64,000 bases of DNA, taken from the human T2T-CHM13v2.0 reference genome, Homo sapiens. The notes beneath the pieces are model-generated. The model was not told where the DNA came from, did not search any database, and was given only the letters and a program-made list of their open reading frames with translations. The stretch lies in assembly GCF_009914755.1 (NCBI RefSeq), contig NC_060929.1; one strand, given 5' to 3'. A program made the translations under genes and the position numbers. Positions 57,593 to 64,000 of the stretch are shown here, in pieces (positions within the stretch are counted from its first letter, which is position 1; each line of letters begins with the position of its first letter).

Positions 57593-58025
57593 TGACAAAA
57601 GAAAAACTTCAGCTGAATTAAATTTAAGGGAGTTTAATTGAGCAATGAACCATTAGTAAATTGGGCAGCCCCCAGAATCACAGCAGATTCACAGAGACTC
57701 CAAGGGTGCCTTGTGCTCAGAAAAAATTTATAGACAAAAAAGGTAAAGTGATGTGCAGGAATCAGAAGTGAAGTACAGAAACAGTGAGATTGGTTACAAC
57801 TCGGCATTTGCCTTATTTTGCAGGCAGTTTGAACATTCAGCAGTCTATGAGTGGTTGAAGTATGGCTGCTGGGATTGGCTAACATTCAGCTATTGTTACA
57901 GGTGCATACTACTAAGTTAGGTTTCCAATTTTGTCTGACTGTTAAGCTAGGTTACAGTTCATCCACAAGGACTCAAGTATAGAAGTATGGAGTCCTTCTC
58001 AGGCCACATTTAGTTTGCTTTAACA
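57593..58025 (-). mobile_element. MER57A-like ERV1 solo LTR
   Basis: Minus strand begins tgttaaagcaaactaaatgtggcctgagaaggactcc; 4-bp TSD gtgg at 57589-57592 and 58026-58029. Confidence 0.88.
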
Positions 58026-59544
58026 GTGGTGAGATTTTTACTGAATAACGTTGCTTGCAGCCAGCATGGAATGCCTGATGAAGGCAGTAGGTAGACTCTC
58101 CATCGTCCTCACTTTATACAGAATTTAGGAAACTCACCTACACAAGATGCTGCCCAGGGCACTGAGCAACAAAGCAATTCACATTCTCTGGCATCTTCCC
58201 CTAACTCCTCCTGGATGAAGCCAGCCTCATCCATGGCTAGGAGTCTTCTGCAAAGTGAGGTGAAGCTTTCGAGATTTCTCCTACAATGTAGTTGCAGATA
58301 CCTAAAAATCTAAAATTTGTTATTTTGTGTATTGCATGTATATTTCAGAATAATCAGAGGTTTTAAGCCATGACCTACTATAAAAACCAGTAAACAGGAA
58401 ATAAATAGTCTTCCTTATCAGTTATAACTCAGAGTTCATAAATTACCACATTCTCACCTATTAGTTGGTCTTAATGACCTGAGATGAAGAAAAGACCCTG
58501 AGATTACTGGTCACCAAACTGGATATCAGCCACAAAAAGAGGAGGCTGGGATGCCAAAGATAAAACAACCTGCCTGCCTTGGGTTCACTGTGTCTCTAGT
58601 AAAGACAAATAGCCTGAATCCCAGTATCCAAGACCTGCTACCATGGATGGCCTGGAACCCTGTGCACAAAAAAACACTTCAAGTAAATGAATTCTTAATT
58701 ACCAGCTAAGACTACAGCCCCAAACCATTGGGTTATCTTCTATCTTGGGGGACCCAGTGTAGTTCTGAGGCTTCTTATTGGCCCTCCAGGTACACAGTCA
58801 GGTCCAAGCTGTATTACCTGGGTTCTAATAAGTTTCCCACTGCAAGAGAGGGAAGGTCCCAAGCCAGGACAGTGTTGCACCATCTGACTGTACCTTGTGG
58901 GAAGGAAGAGGGAGAAAAGAGTCAAAAGAGATACTCAGAAACTTGAACAAAAGGGAGACCTGCAGAAGAGACAGTGTTTAATGTCTTGTCTCTTCCTCCC
59001 AATAAATGCCTTGCTTGACTCACTTTAGAATTCATACTCCTTGGAGCTGGTGGAGACTGAGGTGAGGGAACCTGGTGGAGAAGCTATGAAAGAGTGGAGA
59101 CTGGAACCTAGAGCTCACTGTAAAGGTTAGAGTGTGTCAATACCACTTTGAATTATATCTCCATTATAGAAAACACACATAGAAACAGTAGACAGAGCTC
59201 TGGTTTACTCTTCTCTCTGCTGCTCCACTTTTACAGATTTGAGAGCAAATATTCCACACTTAGCTTTGCATTGAGCAAAACCAGTGTATTTTCCTCAACA
59301 GTGCCAGGGGACAGGGCAGAACTGTTTTAAAACAAACTAAGCATAAAGTTTATTGAATTAGTTTGTTAATTAGTGAAGCATTTCCTAAATAAAGCATAAT
59401 TTCTTCATCTGTAAAAGAGGGATGAGTTGGAAAAGTTTCTAAGAGCACTTTTTCTTAACTTCCTAATTCATAATTCCCATAATTTATAAATTACCAATTT
59501 ATTTAATAATTTACATTTTATAATTATATGTAAAATAACTTTAA

Positions 59545-59720
59545 TTTTTTGTTTTTTGAGACAGGGTCTCACTCCCATAGCCCAGGCTGGAGTGCAGTGG
59601 CACAATCTCCACTCACTGCAGTCTCAACTTCCCGGACTCAGATGATTCTCCCACCTCAGCCTCCTGAGTAGCTGGGACCATGGGCATGCACCACCATGCC
59701 TGGTTAATTTTTTGTATTTA
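59545..59720 (-). mobile_element. 5'-truncated AluJ (right arm plus linker)
   Basis: gagacagggtctcac...cctggttaatttttttgtattt. Confidence 0.88.
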
Positions 59721-60063
59721 GTATTAATAGCCATTTTGTCTTTAATAGCCATTCCACAATTTATACATTTATAAGTTTCTTAAATGCATAATTCTGCAAT
59801 ATCTTGCATCTAAACTTTGGTTTTAGAACTATAGAAAGATTTATGTGAAGAAAACTTTAGTTTTCTATTACTTTACACATAAATCCTTCCAGGTAGTTCC
59901 TGCCTTATCTATCTCTTAACCATAGTTTAATGTCTCTTCTATGATTGGATCTTATTAGAAAAAGGTCTTCAACAAATGCAAAACTTTTAAAAATCATGAT
60001 ATGCTTTCAAAATTTCCATTGAGTATTTGGATGATTATTTTGCAGTCTAAAGCATGAGAAATA

Positions 60064-60374
60064 GGCAGGCATGGTGGCTCATGCCTGTAATCTCAGCACT
60101 TTAGGAGGCCAAGGCAGGCAAATTGCTTGAGCCCAGGAGATCAAGACCACCCTGGACAACATGGCAAAATCCAGTCTCTACTAAATACAAAAAAATTAGC
60201 CAGGCATGGTTGCCCATGTCTGTGGTTCCAGCTACTCAGGAGGCTGAGGTGGGAGAATCACCTGAGCCCAGGAAGTCAAGACTGCAACAAGCGGAGATAG
60301 TGCCACTGCACTCCAGCCTGGGCAATGGGAGTGACTTTGTCTAAAAAAAAAAAAAAAAACTACAAAAATAAATG
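60064..60374 (+). mobile_element. AluJb
   Basis: Full dimer; TSD aagcatga(g/a)aaatag at 60050-60064 and 60375-60389. Confidence 0.92.
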
Positions 60375-61173
60375 AAGCATGAAAAATAGTTACGAGGTCT
60401 AAAGAGGAAGACATTGCTCTTGCCTATCAATTTCCTGATCTCTGGACAGCTATATGTAAGCTATTTGTAAAATCTTCCTAAATCTGCCCATGCTTCATGA
60501 TCCTACAACAGAGGCAGCTTTTAGGGGAACAAGAAGAGCAAGAAATTTTAACACAATTGTTTCACCACTGTTCTCTGAAAAGCTATTTGAAATAATCAGA
60601 AAGATTTAAAAAAAAATTGAGCATTGCCACCCTCACATTTTAGGTTGCGTCTACAAGGATTCTTATGCTGTAAAATAAATAATATGTGGATGGGGACAAA
60701 GACGGTAGGGCAAGCAGTAGCTATATAAGGACTGCCCCTCTCCTAATGCAATAGCTGTCATGGGAACTCTATGATCATACAGCACAGTTACAGATTAACT
60801 GTGTAACAACTCCCAAATGTGAGCTTAGCTCAAATACTGCTGACTTTTAACATCAAACACTCTGCAGTGGGACATTCCCACCTAGATACCCTCATAATCT
60901 TAATGTGACATGATCCCATTTTATGGATGGATACATAGAGAGACTGATAGATTTTAAAACCTCTTAAAAATTACACCCTCAGCATGGTATATGTTACATG
61001 AATTAAAAGAATACTAAGAAGGTTTTCAATTTTGTAGAAATTTTTGTTATATAAGTGTGATTAGAGGAGGAGGGTTTTTTTCATATATTTTTTGCTCTGC
61101 TTTTACATCATTTGTAAATGCTATTGCTTTGGCCAACTTTGTTTTTCTTTTCAGTCATTTGCTTCTTCTCCAG

Positions 61174-61329
61174 GTTTTGCTTAAATGCGGTGTCTGAATT
61201 AGGAAGCTAAAAGCCTCAAAGTGGTGCTGTCCCCAACATAGGGACCAGCAGGTGTTAAAAGGAAGCAGGTCTCTGTGACGCAACTGAATGCTAAATTCAT
61301 TTGTGATGCAAATTTGACCAAGATTTAAG
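61174..61329 (+). ncRNA. Candidate non-coding exon
   Basis: Acceptor ttttcagtcatttgcttcttctccag|G, donor AAG|gttaga; stops in all three frames. Confidence 0.25.
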
Positions 61330-61639
61330 GTTAGAAAATTATTCTAGTCTTGTTCATGGCAGCAACATAATTTCATATCAGCACACTCACCCTATCACTG
61401 CTGGTAGCCTTTAATAACAAGGCATGGGCAATATAATTGTGCAAGGTTTTGGTGATAAGATACTATTATTGAGCATAACACAAATTTTTATCTTTATGAC
61501 CCAGAATTACTTCCATTAAAGGAGTACTTTCGTCAAATGTTGAAAAATTCAGTCACAACATTGGCTGGTTATTACACAATTAATGTGGCAATGTGAACAG
61601 AACATTGTCCTGAACTCTTTCCTTCTATTTATATTTAAT

Positions 61640-61840
61640 TAATACTTATTGAATGCCTAGCATGTACCAGTGACAATGTTAAACACTTAACATGCAGCCT
61701 TTTTTAAAATTCTCACATCAACCCTATGATGTCAGTAGTGTTATCATCTTATTTTACAGATAAGGAAACTGAGGTCCAAGGTTATACAGCAACAAAGTAG
61801 TGGTTCCAGGATTCTGCCTCCCCTGTTTAGTTTCTCGCTG
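61640..61840 (-). mobile_element. MIR
   Basis: attttacagataaggaaactgagg core. Confidence 0.7.
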
Positions 61841-62084
61841 TTCTAATCTGCTTCCCAATATCCCTCACTGTTTCCCAAAGGAGAGTTTTGTGCAGTGTCA
61901 GGAACTGAGCTTTGGATGGGCCATTTTATCCCATTTTAGCTATAACTATAAAAGGATTTGTTCACCTCCAGCTGTTCACATTTCTTGTGACCTGAGAAAA
62001 TTGGGATGTTCCAGATACAACAGTAAACTTGGGCTACTCCATCAAGAGCCTAGCAGTCTAAGTTATTCCTGCTGTGGAAAAATA

Positions 62085-64000
62085 GGAAGATTTTTGTGAA
62101 GCTTAATCTTCAGGGCCCTTTACTTTCTTGACCCTGGGAGGTCTCAGGGAGATGTTCATGTGATGATTTGCAAATTTTCAAATTAATTTATTTTAACTGC
62201 AAACAATTAAGACTATCATCCCTTTCCACTCCAACTTCCTCTCCATCATACTTTCCTATGTATTTGGTGATACGGAAGCGGCTATGGGCATTTTGAGATC
62301 CAGCTGAGGAAAAGTTGAGATGTAAATTCACTTAACATGGGTTTACTGTGGCTTCCAGAGACTTCTGTATATACATATGTTTTTGTGCATTGCTAATGAT
62401 CCTGGTGCAGGAATGGCTGCCAGGAATGACAGAATGATGGTTCATCTGCAGGAAAGTACAAATCCAAAGGTTTTATTTTGGTTTAAGTATAAGAGTAGTG
62501 GAGAAATTAGGTTTGAAAATTCAGAGCTAGAAACTAGTCAATGGAAAAATTTCTAATTATCAGACATGTAGAATTGTAATAAGAAGAACTAATTCTCATC
62601 AATGACTAATCAAAGCTGAAGTGTTCTGTCATAAACATACTCAATAATACAGCATATACAATTATAAATGAACATTTTTATGGACTAGGGCAAAAAAGAA
62701 TTCATGAAAATCTCTGTATTTTTAAGGTGCAAACTTGAAGCAGTACTACAAAAAATACATATAACTGTATGTGAAGTAATAGGTTTTTATAAATTCCAAT
62801 GTATTAGGTCAAATCCTCCACGATGCACTGTCCTGATGAAAACCAGAGGTTCCAGATGAAATGACAAGAAAAACCGCTACTAATACAACAAAAACACCCT
62901 GAAGAGACAAGTGTTTCTATGACCAATTTCCTACACATAATTTGTTCAATACATGTTGATATGGGAGGGGGGCAGGGAAGTGCTGGGTAGAGAAGGGCGG
63001 GTCCTTGGCTAGGACTCCACCCCCGGGCCTGTACCCACGGACTTAGGTGAGGACAGGCATTTCTGTTTTCGTGCTCAAATGTTGCATTTTCCAAGACCAC
63101 CCTGGCCTGCCACGTCCCCATTCTGTGCCTATAAAACCCCTGAGACCCTAGCAGGCAGAGTCACAAGCAGCTGGACATCGAGAGGAACACACCAGTGAAA
63201 GAGCACACTGACAGGCACCGGCAGATGCCAGGAGGCCACTGACCAGCGGAATGATACAGAATTTGGCTCGGGATGGTCAGAGGAGAACGTGGCTGCTGGG
63301 TGGCCTGACTCCAGGGGAAAGCCACCTTCCCACTCCATCCCGCTTCTGGCCTCCCCATCCACCTCGCCAAGAGCTACTACCACTCAATAAAAACCCTTGT
63401 ACTCACTCTCCAAGCCCATGTGTGATCTGATTTTTCCAGTACACTAAGGCAAGAACCCAGGATATGTAAAGCCCTCTGTCCTTGTGGTAAGGCAGAGGGT
63501 CTAATTGAGCTGACAAACACAAGCCACCTACAGACAGCTAAACTGAAAAAGCACACTGTAACACACACCCACTGGGGCCTCAGGAGCTGTAAACACTCAA
63601 CCTCAGACACTGCTGTACGGTCAGATCCCCACCACCTGCTCTTCTGCACATGCCCCGCTAGAAGTTTGAGCAGCGGGGCACCGAAGAAGCAAGCCACAGC
63701 CCCATCGCACACTCTGTGAGGGGGATAAGGGAACTTTTCCCGTTTCAATGTTATGTACTTAGGTAGCCCATTACGTTGTATGTAATGAACAATTCTAAAA
63801 TATGTTTTTCCCCTCTTTTGTATTTTTTAGCTTCAAATTACTTTTATTTTTTTCTCAAAATTATTGAGCATTCCAAAATTCAAATCCATCAGAAATAAAG
63901 TAACCTGATAGAAGTCAAAAACATAAACGAAAAGAAAATATTTGTGATATTCATTAGCTGTTTTTATTGTAGTTTGTTGTAATTTCTTTTATCATTCTAA
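62085..64000 (+). mobile_element. Zaphod/MER115-like hAT-Tip100 DNA transposon, interrupted by LTR1
   Basis: gaagcttaatcttcagggccc..., gaggttccagatgaaatgacaagaaaaa, and an AT-rich 3' part that resumes after 63751. Confidence 0.7.
62957..63747 (+). mobile_element. LTR1-family (HUERS-P) solo LTR
   Basis: TG...CA termini, TATAAAA at 63130-63136, AATAAA at 63386-63391, TSD atgt at 62953-62956 and 63748-63751. Confidence 0.88.

Overview
AT-rich primate (human-like) genomic DNA with no CpG island, no recognisable host protein-coding exon and no tRNA, rRNA or CRISPR feature. All long ORFs in the track are decayed L1 ORF1/ORF2 pieces or Alu/LTR-derived. Roughly half the window is interspersed repeat: L1PA, L1PB, L1MA and L1M elements, about 10 Alus, solo LTRs (MLT1, THE1, MER57, LTR1 and a MER4-group LTR), MIR/L2 and hAT DNA transposons (MER5, MER102, Zaphod). 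Subfamily names come from recalled consensus similarity and need RepeatMasker confirmation. The clearest unusual structures are retrotransposition scars. These are a twin-primed L1PB that hosts a second twin-primed L1PA carrying a ~170-bp 3' transduction, two tiny young L1PA insertions, a trimeric Alu, and fold-back inverted duplications in an L1MA that form a ~100-nt near-perfect hairpin. Unique DNA holds several well-formed splice-site pairs, including a 12-nt microexon candidate, which suggests a spliced, probably non-coding transcript. I could not name the locus and found no convincing novel multi-gene system.
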